This document shows, piece after piece, positions 34,245-43,548 of a stretch of 64,000 bases of DNA. Within the stretch, counting starts at the first letter, position 1. The number at the start of each line of letters is the position of its first letter. The DNA is from a virus (taxonomy: Duplodnaviria; Caudoviricetes). The stretch lies in IMG/VR virus record IMGVR_UViG_3300027278_000003. One strand, written 5' to 3'. The notes beneath the pieces were generated by a model. It did no database searches. It saw only the letters and a program-made list of their open reading frames with translations, and was not told the DNA's origin. Position numbers and translations under genes: made by a program.

Positions 34245-35002
34245 GTTACGTAGAAACCAAAGATGATGAAGTATTGGGTAAACTTTATAGTTACACACAC
34301 TTTGACATACCATTACAGGGATTGAACGGTAACCCGTTTCATAATTTTACTGATGGACATGACTTTGATTTTGAACGTATGGATGATGAAATATGTGCAG
34401 CACTAGCAGTGAGCGACTTGTCTAAACTTCCAATGGTTGGTAGTGCAATTCCACCAAAGTTTGCAGGAGACTTGCCACTCGAAGAAGATGCATTGTTCAA
34501 TTTTGACGGTGACTTAGAGATAGTCAAAAATATGACACAGCAAGAACGCAGAAAGTACATGATCTTCAAGCGCAAATGTGTCGCACCGTGGTTCTTTGTA
34601 TTGGACTTGAAGCCAAACGTGTTCAAGACAAAACACTTAGACAAATTTCCATGGGAACCAATCATGGAAATGATGCCATATACAAAATCGTGTATAGAGA
34701 AACTCCCATTTAAAGAAATAGGCAGAGTGGTGATTTATGGATCATGGGCAGATTCTAAAGTAGTCTGTCACCGAGATTACCCACCAAGAGATACTATCTC
34801 ACATCATATCAATTTTCATCCAGGTGGAAACAGACCAGTATATGTTTATGATTCTATGAATGACAAAAAGATATACTTACCAGATAATCACAGATTATAT
34901 GCATACAACGTAACAGATTATCATGGCGTAGATCCTGTACCTTATTTCAGCTACACAGTGAGAGTAGACGGCACGTATGATGACAGTGTTGGAATAGAAT
35001 GA
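34241..35002 (+). CDS. cupin/2OG oxygenase-like protein
   Basis: VVCHRD and DYHGV..YTVRVDG. Confidence 0.55.
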   Translation: MSYVETKDDEVLGKLYSYTHFDIPLQGLNGNPFHNFTDGHDFDFERMDDEICAALAVSDLSKLPMVGSAIPPKFAGDLPLEEDALFNFDGDLEIVKNMTQQERRKYMIFKRKCVAPWFFVLDLKPNVFKTKHLDKFPWEPIMEMMPYTKSCIEKLPFKEIGRVVIYGSWADSKVVCHRDYPPRDTISHHINFHPGGNRPVYVYDSMNDKKIYLPDNHRLYAYNVTDYHGVDPVPYFSYTVRVDGTYDDSVGIE

Positions 35003-35616
35003 AAATTATTTTAGGTACGCCGCGTTCAGGTACCAGTTTTGTTGCAAATTGGTATGCAAATGAACTACCCGATCACAAGTACATGTTACCAGAAAAATTA
35101 GGAGAGTATTTTCATCCAGACTTTTTTGCATCAGACGATGTAGATGCAGAAACACTAGAGCGAATTTCTGGACTGCCAATTAAATGCATTTTTAAATTGC
35201 ATACTGGTAAGGAAATGAGCAAGCATATATGGGAATATATTTCAGATAAGCCTGTGATATTGGTGAAGCGTAAAGATATTCTAGGACAGTTTATTAGCAT
35301 TGGTGTAGGTTACACTACGAATAAATGGGTCAACTTCAAAGCAAAGAACACTAATGGATTGCAAGCTGGACAAACATTCTATTATAAAAAAGAATGGTTT
35401 GACGATTTAGCAGAACGAATTATGTCTTTACAAAGTATCGAAAATACGTTATTATTAGAGCGCACCATATGGTTTGAAGATTTAGATCAATTCAAACCGA
35501 ACGGTGAACTGCCTACAAGACAAAACAGTTTGCCAAACGATGTGAAGTTACAGTATATAGAAAACAAAGAAGAATTTCTATCATGGATGAAGATATTTGA
35601 GGACAGCAATGTATAA
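34999..35616 (+). CDS. sulfotransferase-family protein
   Basis: ILGTPRSGTSF PAPS-binding loop; KRKDILGQFIS. Confidence 0.75.
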   Translation: MKIILGTPRSGTSFVANWYANELPDHKYMLPEKLGEYFHPDFFASDDVDAETLERISGLPIKCIFKLHTGKEMSKHIWEYISDKPVILVKRKDILGQFISIGVGYTTNKWVNFKAKNTNGLQAGQTFYYKKEWFDDLAERIMSLQSIENTLLLERTIWFEDLDQFKPNGELPTRQNSLPNDVKLQYIENKEEFLSWMKIFEDSNV

Positions 35617-36214
35617 GACGTTAGTAGAAAATAAAGTTTGGCTGTTTGAAGACTTTCTATCACCAGAAGATTTTAATTATCTAGAAGAAACGTATGTGTC
35701 AAAAGATTTTGACATGATCCATGTGAACAATAAAGACTTCACGCCGTTGATGGCGGACACGGGTATGAGTTATCGTGTCATTACCATGGATATTTACGAA
35801 CCTATATATGCTGCACTTAACGATTTATCCGTCAATGAGTTCGGTAGGTCTATGGAATGCATTAAGACAGGCGGTCTGAATATGCAATATAAACGATTTG
35901 AAGGCAGTGACTTCTATGATTTACATGCGGAAGACAGTGTGAAATATGGTGATCTAGTTTATATTATGTATCTAACTGATGAAACTGATGGAGAGCTTGT
36001 GCTACCAAGTTATGAGGATGCACAGAGAGAATGGACGGCAGGGTTTCAACAGATGACCGAACAATTCAAAGTCGGCTTCTCAGATAAAACAATTAGTATA
36101 ACACCAAAGAAAAACACATGTGCAGTGATGCGTACTGGCATAGCACACATTGTAAGAGAATGTAGCGGTAGAAGGGACAGTATCGCAGGTTGGCCATGGT
36201 TCATTAAAAAATGA
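35609..36214 (+). CDS. prolyl-hydroxylase-like 2OG-Fe(II) oxygenase
   Basis: YDLHAED..YLTD..GELV..AHIV..RRDSIAGW. Confidence 0.75.
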   Translation: MYKTLVENKVWLFEDFLSPEDFNYLEETYVSKDFDMIHVNNKDFTPLMADTGMSYRVITMDIYEPIYAALNDLSVNEFGRSMECIKTGGLNMQYKRFEGSDFYDLHAEDSVKYGDLVYIMYLTDETDGELVLPSYEDAQREWTAGFQQMTEQFKVGFSDKTISITPKKNTCAVMRTGIAHIVRECSGRRDSIAGWPWFIKK

Positions 36215-36771
36215 GACATTTACGGGCATCAAATGACATCTATGACATAGATGAAATAAAAAAGTTATTAAATGACACACAGTTTTATGGTCTTCCGGGT
36301 CAACTGACATACGATGGACCCGTAGAACTGGATATGGTTCCTGAAAGTTTGAAGAAGTTGTTTGATGAAACATATATCACTGCTGGTTTTGTTAAGGTAT
36401 CGACCGACTATAATTTACCACCACACGAAGACAACTTTTTAGCAAGTAAATTGAACCCTTACAGAAATTTACTTGGTGACTTTTACATTGACTGGTTAGA
36501 AAAAACGGGCAACAGAATGTGTAGTTTCATGATACCAGTTGAGGGTGATTTTGTTAATACTCGCACCGATTTGTATTGGAAAGAAACAAAAGAAAAGTTC
36601 GACAGTTTTACACTAGAAGATGGACCTGTACTATTCCAAACACGAGGTGATGTTATGCACGGTGTTGACAACAGAAATAAAAATGAAAGAATTACATTTC
36701 AATTAAGTTTTGGAGATAGCTATGAATACGTCAGAGATAAGATTCTTGCCTCTGGATTTGCCAAAGTTTGA
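36211..36771 (+). CDS. cupin/2OG oxygenase-like protein
   Basis: LPPHED..MHGV..ERITFQ. Confidence 0.6.
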   Translation: MRHLRASNDIYDIDEIKKLLNDTQFYGLPGQLTYDGPVELDMVPESLKKLFDETYITAGFVKVSTDYNLPPHEDNFLASKLNPYRNLLGDFYIDWLEKTGNRMCSFMIPVEGDFVNTRTDLYWKETKEKFDSFTLEDGPVLFQTRGDVMHGVDNRNKNERITFQLSFGDSYEYVRDKILASGFAKV

Positions 36772-37384
36772 ACACAAGCAAAAAGTATTGGATGAATTCA
36801 ATCCAGATACTGAATTCTACTTTTGGGGCGAAGAATATATTACGGTACGTGACCGATCCATCCCATTCCACGATCCTATGCCTATAAAAGAAGGGGTGCA
36901 TACCGAACTAGTAGAATATGTCAAAGAGCATTTTCCATTTACGGGTATAGTACTGTTTAAACTTGTAAGGGCCAACAGGGATGTTAAGCCTCACGTGGAT
37001 GACAACTATATTGACTATGTTGGTCCTAGTAAAGACTTCAATACCATAAGCAGAGAATTTAGAGATCACCAACTTAATACGGAACCTTGTGGATATCGTA
37101 TGACAATCGCAGGTGATCGTAAGAGTTTGTATCTTACTGATGGTGAGCCTAGAGTAATCGATGGTAAGCTAGTTTACGGTGAAATTACCGAGCATATTGA
37201 AACGGAAGTACCAGAAGACACAGATTGCTTTGCATTAAAAACATATGGAAGTATGCATGGTGTCAAAAAGACAGACAAAGATGACAACCGATTACTTTTG
37301 TTTGTAGTTGGTTGGTTAGACGAACAGCGGCATAAAGAACTAGTTGAACGCAGTTACGTAAAATATAAGGATTATGTTAGATGA
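36722..37384 (+). CDS. cupin/2OG oxygenase-like protein
   Basis: VKPHVD..MHGV..RLLLFVVG. Confidence 0.55.
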   Translation: MNTSEIRFLPLDLPKFEHKQKVLDEFNPDTEFYFWGEEYITVRDRSIPFHDPMPIKEGVHTELVEYVKEHFPFTGIVLFKLVRANRDVKPHVDDNYIDYVGPSKDFNTISREFRDHQLNTEPCGYRMTIAGDRKSLYLTDGEPRVIDGKLVYGEITEHIETEVPEDTDCFALKTYGSMHGVKKTDKDDNRLLLFVVGWLDEQRHKELVERSYVKYKDYVR

Positions 37385-37650
37385 ACATATGGAGTTTTGA
37401 AACATATGTCGCAGACAGTCCAATACACGGTAAAGGTAGATACACATATGAACCTATACGTCTGGGAGAAACTGTACTACGTATCGACGGAAACATTCAC
37501 AAGAATGAAAACCAAAGTTATGTAAATCATAGTATCGATAACAATTTAGACTACGTAGGTAGTAATACCTGGGTAGCAAGCAGGGATATCGATCCAAATG
37601 AAGAACTAACAATGAATTATTTGCAATGGATAAAGGAGTTGCCATTTTGA
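37381..37650 (+). CDS. minimal SET-domain protein
   Basis: SPIHGKG, YVNHS, RDIDPNEELTMNY. Confidence 0.85.
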   Translation: MNIWSFETYVADSPIHGKGRYTYEPIRLGETVLRIDGNIHKNENQSYVNHSIDNNLDYVGSNTWVASRDIDPNEELTMNYLQWIKELPF

Positions 37651-38153
37651 AAATAGCATTAACGGGTGATAGTTCGGGATTTGGTCCGTACGTAAGAGAC
37701 ACACTTGAAAATCTAGGACACGAAGTGATCGGATTGAGTAGATCAAAAGGATATGATCTGTCAACTACTATTGGTAGAGAACTTGCCATCTATGCAACAG
37801 AAGATTGCGATGTTTTTATTAATAATAGTTCTGCTGGTGGGTGGCAACCACACATGCTTGAAGATTGGTTGTTGGCATATTACAATCAAAACAAAACTAT
37901 TATCAACATAAGCAGCAATCTTGCACTGGTGAACGAACCCGCGGCAGAACATGTAGCGGAATGGCTTTGTAAAAATAAATTGAATGATGTGCATCGCAAA
38001 TTCATAAATGGTAGTGATTACCATGTAAAATGCCAGTCTAAAATACTCAGTTGGGGTTATTGGAATAATCATCCAATTGCAAAAGATCACCCAGAGGTGA
38101 TAACGAAAATGACAATTAAGGAAGCGATACAAGATATCGTTGATTTACTATGA
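37647..38153 (+). CDS. short SDR-like oxidoreductase
   Basis: IALTGDSSGFG, DVFINNS, IINISS. Confidence 0.7.
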   Translation: MKIALTGDSSGFGPYVRDTLENLGHEVIGLSRSKGYDLSTTIGRELAIYATEDCDVFINNSSAGGWQPHMLEDWLLAYYNQNKTIINISSNLALVNEPAAEHVAEWLCKNKLNDVHRKFINGSDYHVKCQSKILSWGYWNNHPIAKDHPEVITKMTIKEAIQDIVDLL

Positions 38154-38647
38154 AATACGCTATAACTGGTCACACATACGGTATTGGTGAAGGGCTTTAT
38201 AAACGTCTTTCACCAAATGCAATTGGTTTCAGCAAAAGCACCGGATATGACATAACCAAAAAAGAAATTAGAAAGAAAATAATTGAAGAAGTACACGATT
38301 GTGATGTATTCATCAACAATGCGCCTGCTGGATTTGGGCAGAGTGAACTGTGTTTAGAACTTTGGCAAGCGTGGAAACATACAAACAAAACAATTATAAA
38401 CGTTGGTAGTCGAATTGCTGAAGGTGACATAGTATATCAATATCCAGGCGTGATGATTGAATATGGTATGCACAAAAAGACACTAAAAACTCTCACCGAA
38501 GATTTGCAAAAGATAGACGCACCAATCAATGTTGTGTATCGTTGGTTTGCATATGTTGGAACTCCTAAAATACTAAGCAAGTATCCTGACTTCACTACGG
38601 ACGACTACATCACAATTGACGAGGCGGTGGATATAATACTATCTTGA
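38150..38647 (+). CDS. short SDR-like oxidoreductase
   Basis: AITGHTYGIG, DVFINNA, YGMHK. Confidence 0.75.
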   Translation: MKYAITGHTYGIGEGLYKRLSPNAIGFSKSTGYDITKKEIRKKIIEEVHDCDVFINNAPAGFGQSELCLELWQAWKHTNKTIINVGSRIAEGDIVYQYPGVMIEYGMHKKTLKTLTEDLQKIDAPINVVYRWFAYVGTPKILSKYPDFTTDDYITIDEAVDIILS

Positions 38648-38671
38648 TAAATACTCTATGAGGAGATTATC

Positions 38672-38986
38672 ATGGGAGACGTAGTTGAACTATCAACGAA
38701 AGTAACATCTGCGGCAATGCCTTGGATAGCACTGTTGTTTTCGATTGTTGTTACAATTTGGATAAAAGATTGGGCTACCAACCTAGCAAAGGGTTGGAGT
38801 TTTTTAAAAAGCCCAGCATTTAATCCGGGCGATAAGGTCTACCTAGACGGTGAACCTGCGATGATTATCTCTATTGGATTAACTAAGACCATTTTTGAGA
38901 TAGAGCGAGATGGCAAAACGGTATGGAGATACATACCAAATCATCGAATAGATTTTGTGAAGATAGAAAAGATAGTAGATAAGTGA
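38672..38986 (+). CDS. MscS-like transmembrane plus beta-domain fragment
   Basis: TM helix then FNPGDKVYLDGEPAMIISIG..IPN. Confidence 0.6.
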   Translation: MGDVVELSTKVTSAAMPWIALLFSIVVTIWIKDWATNLAKGWSFLKSPAFNPGDKVYLDGEPAMIISIGLTKTIFEIERDGKTVWRYIPNHRIDFVKIEKIVDK

Positions 38987-39651
38987 TGTTAAATTTCTGG
39001 AACTGGCCACGACGAAGCGATGAAAAAGCGATTGAAATCGAAAGTCCAGTTGAGGAAATAGAGAATGACACAACTCACTATCTTTTCATTCACGGCGCAA
39101 ATCAGTCTAGGCTTTCTTGGAACTGCATCATACACTTGTTGCAACCACAAAATTATACAACGCTAGAATACAACACCAACAATCGATTCTTTGACAATCT
39201 AGACATGCTTTCAGAACAGATTGCAAACATAGATGTAAAGATGTTTATAGTTGGACACTCACTTGGTGGTATTTACGGTCTACATCTTTACAATCTACAC
39301 AGAGACAAGTTTAAAGGTGCAGTTACGGCAAGTACCCCATATGGTGGAAGTCGAACCGCAGACTGGGCGAAATATATGGTCCCAGGTTACCCTTTATTCA
39401 AAGAAATTGGCGTTAGAGCAAAGCCAATTTCAGAACTAAAGAACATCAAAATTGAAATCCCTTGGACGCAAATCGTTACAACACGTGGTGCAACGCCGTG
39501 GCACGGCGGCGCAAACGATGGGGTTGTTACTTATGATAGTATGACCCTACGTGACGATATGCAGTATATAGAAGTTGCTGAAAATCACTATGAAATCCTA
39601 GCGTCAGACGATACAGTAGAAATAATAAAAAAACTTGCAACAAAAACTTGA
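38983..39651 (+). CDS. alpha/beta hydrolase
   Basis: FIHGAN, GHSLGG nucleophile elbow, NDGVV, NH. Confidence 0.85.
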   Translation: MMLNFWNWPRRSDEKAIEIESPVEEIENDTTHYLFIHGANQSRLSWNCIIHLLQPQNYTTLEYNTNNRFFDNLDMLSEQIANIDVKMFIVGHSLGGIYGLHLYNLHRDKFKGAVTASTPYGGSRTADWAKYMVPGYPLFKEIGVRAKPISELKNIKIEIPWTQIVTTRGATPWHGGANDGVVTYDSMTLRDDMQYIEVAENHYEILASDDTVEIIKKLATKT

Positions 39652-39675
39652 CATCCCAACGAATCATGCTATATT
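39648..39675 (+). promoter_or_regulatory. early promoter with CGAATCA in spacer
   Basis: TTGACA-N6-CGAATCA-N3-TATATT. Confidence 0.8.
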
Positions 39676-39707
39676 AATAGAGTAGTCGGAAAAGAGAGGA
39701 CTTCTCA

Positions 39708-39857
39708 ATGCGTGAAATGATTGAAAACTACATCAAAGCATGTGAACAAAACATCGCCAACTATATGTTGATTGAAGATGCCGATGAACGTCAACGTGCG
39801 CTTGATGCCGCATATGGCATGAAAGCAGATTTCGAAAAAATGCTGGAGACTCTCTAA
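39708..39857 (+). CDS. small early protein (49 aa)
   Basis: GAGG RBS, TAATG coupling. Confidence 0.6.
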   Translation: MREMIENYIKACEQNIANYMLIEDADERQRALDAAYGMKADFEKMLETL

Positions 39858-39997
39858 TGTACACTGTTGAATACGGTTTCTACAACTATCCCCGTAAAAC
39901 AAAAACATTTGACACCTACGCTGCTGCGAAAGGTTTCTTTTACGCAATGTCGCGTAAGAACGGCGTCAAGCGTGTAGAACTTAAGGAGGCTGTATAA
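39857..39997 (+). CDS. small early protein (46 aa)
   Basis: Coupled at both ends. Confidence 0.6.
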   Translation: MYTVEYGFYNYPRKTKTFDTYAAAKGFFYAMSRKNGVKRVELKEAV

Positions 39998-40194
39998 TGT
40001 TCAATAAGTTTCTTGAAAATATGAGGTATGGTGTGTCTCTTGATGAAAACAAGTATCCTGACGACACAATTAACTGGGACTTTGTTGATGCCGATATGTA
40101 TGCGAAGTGGAGCGTTCTGATTGATGGCGAAACATACACTCAATGGTTTGAAAAAGTTGCAGACGAAATCGAAGGAGTTGAAGATACAGCATGA
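39997..40194 (+). CDS. small early protein
   Basis: AAGGAGG RBS. Confidence 0.65.
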   Translation: MFNKFLENMRYGVSLDENKYPDDTINWDFVDADMYAKWSVLIDGETYTQWFEKVADEIEGVEDTA

Positions 40195-40345
40195 ACTTCA
40201 TAAGACAATTTTCTTTCTGCTTTGGTTAGAACGAGACGACCCGTCCGCGATGTATGCTACCTATACAGTGACGGAAGCAATCGATGCGCTGGCAGACATT
40301 ATGGGTGTAGACTCAACTAAACTACGGGAGTTGACAGATGCGTGA
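40178..40345 (+). CDS. small early protein
   Basis: AAGGAG RBS, TTG start. Confidence 0.5.
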   Translation: MKIQHELHKTIFFLLWLERDDPSAMYATYTVTEAIDALADIMGVDSTKLRELTDA

Positions 40346-40562
40346 GGCGATTGTTACTAAAGAATGGGGCGAAGTTGGCTTTGGCAGCAACAAGCGTGAT
40401 GGCTGGGCCTGGGAGGTTGCGTTCTTTGCAAGTGGTGACGAAGATGCAATTGATCGTCACTACTACAACACGGAACTTGCAGCACAGAATGCTGCCAATC
40501 TTTTTGAACGTGGCTTGTATTACACCGGTGAATACGGTGTCGTAGAATTTGAGGTTTGTTAA
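40338..40562 (+). CDS. small early protein
   Basis: GGAG RBS. Confidence 0.6.
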   Translation: MREAIVTKEWGEVGFGSNKRDGWAWEVAFFASGDEDAIDRHYYNTELAAQNAANLFERGLYYTGEYGVVEFEVC

Positions 40563-40801
40563 TGCAAGATTTCATCAATACATATATCGCAGGAAATGGT
40601 TGGATCGGGGTCGCGTTGGGTCTCGCAATTTTTGCTATGGGATATTGGAGGGGACTTTCCAGAGTAAATAAGATTGCACCTCTTATCATTGATGCAACGA
40701 TTGCCGATCTTATCGAAAATGGTTTCGTTAAGACCAGGAAGCGTCTTGAGGACGGTGAATGGAAAGAGGAGTTGTTACGCCATGATGAAGAAGAAGTTTA
40801 A
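40562..40801 (+). CDS. small membrane protein
   Basis: N-terminal hydrophobic helix. Confidence 0.6.
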   Translation: MQDFINTYIAGNGWIGVALGLAIFAMGYWRGLSRVNKIAPLIIDATIADLIENGFVKTRKRLEDGEWKEELLRHDEEEV

Positions 40802-40982
40802 TTTCACATCTTATGACGATATATCAGAGGACCTAGTTGGCTATGTTCTCACTATTTCGAATGAAGAAAAAATCACAAATCTAACTCTAGAAGAAATCAA
40901 CGATTTTTTGAACGAAGTTGATGAACACTTGTCCGACGATTGGGCGTGGCAAGATAGCGGCATAGAAATGGGATTTTATTGA
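40782..40982 (+). CDS. small acidic protein
   Basis: AGGAG RBS. Confidence 0.5.
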   Translation: MMKKKFNFTSYDDISEDLVGYVLTISNEEKITNLTLEEINDFLNEVDEHLSDDWAWQDSGIEMGFY

Positions 40983-41164
40983 TACCTAATACCAAAGAGT
41001 AGGATACACAGTGACTTGCAAAAATACAGTATTTTTGAGAGACATAATTTTTGAGCATCTTCCAGAATTGTTCCCCATGATGTCTTCCCGGCAACTCGCA
41101 TGGAGGACGGTGCAAAAATCGATACCGCGCCAAAAACTTTTTCTACTTTTTTTGCTGTAAGTTC

Positions 41165-41193
41165 TTGACAGATACCGCGAATCACTATATAAA
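41165..41193 (+). promoter_or_regulatory. early promoter with CGAATCA in spacer
   Basis: TTGACA-N7-CGAATCA-N3-TATAAA. Confidence 0.8.
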
Positions 41194-41225
41194 GTATATG
41201 TAAGTTGATGAAAAGGGAATGAGAC

Positions 41226-41573
41226 ATGAACTACGAATTCGACACCGCGATCAATGAACTTTTGAACACGATCAAATCTGACTATTATCGTTACACTTCG
41301 CGCAACGGCACCCGCGAACTCACTGACATTAACAAGCGTATGATTGACGAATTCAATGCCGAACTTTCTGTTGAAGAAGGTCGCAAGTATGTAAAAGTGA
41401 TCAAAGGTGGTTCTGTTTGGGGTTTCATTGTCAAAGCAGACGACAAGAAATTCAAAGCAGGTGACATTCTGAAAGCTGCATCGTGGGCTTCTCCTGCAAA
41501 GAACAAAGCGCGTGGCAATATCCTTGAAGGCAACTTCTCTTGGGTTCAGTGGACTGGTCCTGCATATCTCTAA
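41226..41573 (+). CDS. conserved early phage protein
   Basis: 115 aa; GDILKAASWASPAKNKARGNI. Confidence 0.7.
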   Translation: MNYEFDTAINELLNTIKSDYYRYTSRNGTRELTDINKRMIDEFNAELSVEEGRKYVKVIKGGSVWGFIVKADDKKFKAGDILKAASWASPAKNKARGNILEGNFSWVQWTGPAYL

Positions 41574-41606
41574 TAAATAAAAACACTAAAGACTAAGGAG
41601 AATAAC

Positions 41607-41930
41607 ATGTCTGCAATTGAATATGAAAACAGCGGTGATGTAGATATTGTAGGTACTTCATTGATGGGGTATATCGGAACATCATACAATGAACTAGAAG
41701 TCGCTTTTGGAAATCCAACCTACTACTATGCTGAAGGTGCCACAACTGTGGAATGGGTTCTGCAATTAAAAGTACCAAATGGTGGCGACTTCGACTATGT
41801 AACCGCTACGATCTATGACCGCCACGAGGATTTCACACCACTGCAAGATAAAGACAAAGAAGGTGTTTGGTATATTGGCGGGTTTGAACGTGCATCAGTG
41901 GATGCAGTATATATGGCAATGGGACGTTGA
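41607..41930 (+). CDS. hypothetical protein
   Basis: AAGGAG RBS. Confidence 0.65.
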   Translation: MSAIEYENSGDVDIVGTSLMGYIGTSYNELEVAFGNPTYYYAEGATTVEWVLQLKVPNGGDFDYVTATIYDRHEDFTPLQDKDKEGVWYIGGFERASVDAVYMAMGR

Positions 41931-42157
41931 AAATGCAAATTGAAGGTTTGACTTCGGAGCAAGTAGAACTACTTGATAAAATGTGGTCGATAGATACTCA
42001 TACCGAGTTGTCAGCATGGTTTAACACGTTAACTGAAAAAAAACACCAAGAGGCAATGGTTCTTCTAGAGTTGATTGAACTTGCGGCGATTGATGATCAA
42101 GTAGATGAAGACCAAGACCTAACCATCGCAAAACTGATGTTGAATAGCATTCTCTAA
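41927..42157 (+). CDS. hypothetical protein
   Basis: TTG start overlapping previous stop. Confidence 0.55.
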   Translation: MKMQIEGLTSEQVELLDKMWSIDTHTELSAWFNTLTEKKHQEAMVLLELIELAAIDDQVDEDQDLTIAKLMLNSIL

Positions 42158-42174
42158 TTTTCATAAATACTAAT

Positions 42175-42870
42175 ATGAAAATTTATGAGATTGTTTCAGA
42201 AGCAAAACTAGAACCAGACTACGATTTCTTAGCTCAAGTTGAGGAAATCGTTGATGATGCTCTGGAAGAATATGCAGAATTCCTAGCAGATAATGACGAC
42301 AAAGACGACATTGATGAACTGGAAGAAATCCTAAATTCAAACAACTATGATGAATTACCAATTGAATTCATCGCTGACCATCACCCGCGCAAGGACCCAG
42401 ACGAATGGCTTAGTGCCGCGGCAGACTGGGATCCAAAAGAAGGTAAGAGCGTAAGAGTATTCTTACATGCTAAAAATCTTGAAGGTGTATATGGTCCACA
42501 AACATTCAAAAAAATTCTAATGCGTATGTTAGCCCATGAAACAATTCACTGGGGACAATACGATAAATTTGACCCGAAAGTATTGGACACTTACAAGAGT
42601 GGTTATATGAAGGGTGTAGAAAAAAAGAAGTCAGGCGGAACTGACCGTGACCTAATGCGTATGTATTTGCGTGATCCACACGAATTAATGGCATATGCAC
42701 ATGACCTCGCGGATGAAATGCGTGATACTGACAATCCTGAGGATGCACTACGCAACCCAGAGAAATATATTAAAGAACTGCCTGTATATCAGCGTTTCCG
42801 TCAGAGTTTTCCACGTGACGCGAAACAAATCAAGCAATTGATGAAATATACAGCAGGATACTTTAATTGA
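42175..42870 (+). CDS. late protein with HExxH zincin-like motif, probable head-internal protein
   Basis: Late box at 42163; MKIYEIVSEAK start; LAHETIH and ELMAYA. Confidence 0.55.
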   Translation: MKIYEIVSEAKLEPDYDFLAQVEEIVDDALEEYAEFLADNDDKDDIDELEEILNSNNYDELPIEFIADHHPRKDPDEWLSAAADWDPKEGKSVRVFLHAKNLEGVYGPQTFKKILMRMLAHETIHWGQYDKFDPKVLDTYKSGYMKGVEKKKSGGTDRDLMRMYLRDPHELMAYAHDLADEMRDTDNPEDALRNPEKYIKELPVYQRFRQSFPRDAKQIKQLMKYTAGYFN

Positions 42871-42934
42871 TTGCGCAAGTAGAAAACGATGCAATTTTGA
42901 ACAAGCGCCAGATCAAAAAACTCTACGAAATGCA

Positions 42935-43357
42935 ATGAATACTCTAACAGCAAAACAACAGAAAATCACCCGAACTCTGTTTCAACTTGCAAAAGACAAT
43001 GAGACTGCAACAAGAGCGAAACTTGTTGCAGCCGTTGTGTATAAAAATCAGATTATTAGTTTTGGTTTCAACAGCAAAAAATCACATCCATTTGTCATTC
43101 CATTTCAAAAGAATGAAGACGCAATCTATCTACATGCAGAGACAGACGCAATCAAAAACGCATTGCGTACCATTGGTGTAGATCAACTTGCGAAATGTGA
43201 CTTATATGTCGTGAGAGCAAAATACACAGACAAAAATAGATCAAATGCGCAACTTGGAATGGCAAAACCATGTAAAGGGTGCGCAAAATGCATCAGTCAG
43301 TTTGGGGTCAAGCGCGTTATCTATTCGACTGATGAACAAAGCTATGCATTTTTGTAA
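42935..43357 (+). CDS. zinc-dependent cytidine/dCMP deaminase-fold protein
   Basis: HAE..PCKGC. Confidence 0.8.
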   Translation: MNTLTAKQQKITRTLFQLAKDNETATRAKLVAAVVYKNQIISFGFNSKKSHPFVIPFQKNEDAIYLHAETDAIKNALRTIGVDQLAKCDLYVVRAKYTDKNRSNAQLGMAKPCKGCAKCISQFGVKRVIYSTDEQSYAFL

Positions 43358-43399
43358 TATCTACAGTTAATTCTACTATATCTTGTGTCTAAATACATA

Positions 43400-43497
43400 T
43401 GTAGGCATGACGCCTACACTAAAGATGGTGCGCCCTGCACCATTCTCTAGTCCTCTTCGCCAACTGACCCGGTAGTCTAAGACTATCGGGTCTTTTT
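43400..43497 (+). ncRNA. putative late small RNA: two hairpins, anti-SD linker, terminator
   Basis: TAAATA at 43390; TGTAGGC/GCCTACA; ATGGTGC/GCACCAT; TCCTCT linker; GACCCGGTAGTC-TAA-GACTATCGGGTC-TTTTT. Confidence 0.55.
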
Positions 43498-43548
43498 GTT
43501 AATATACGACAATTCTATCACCAACATGCTAAATAAGTTTAATACAAA

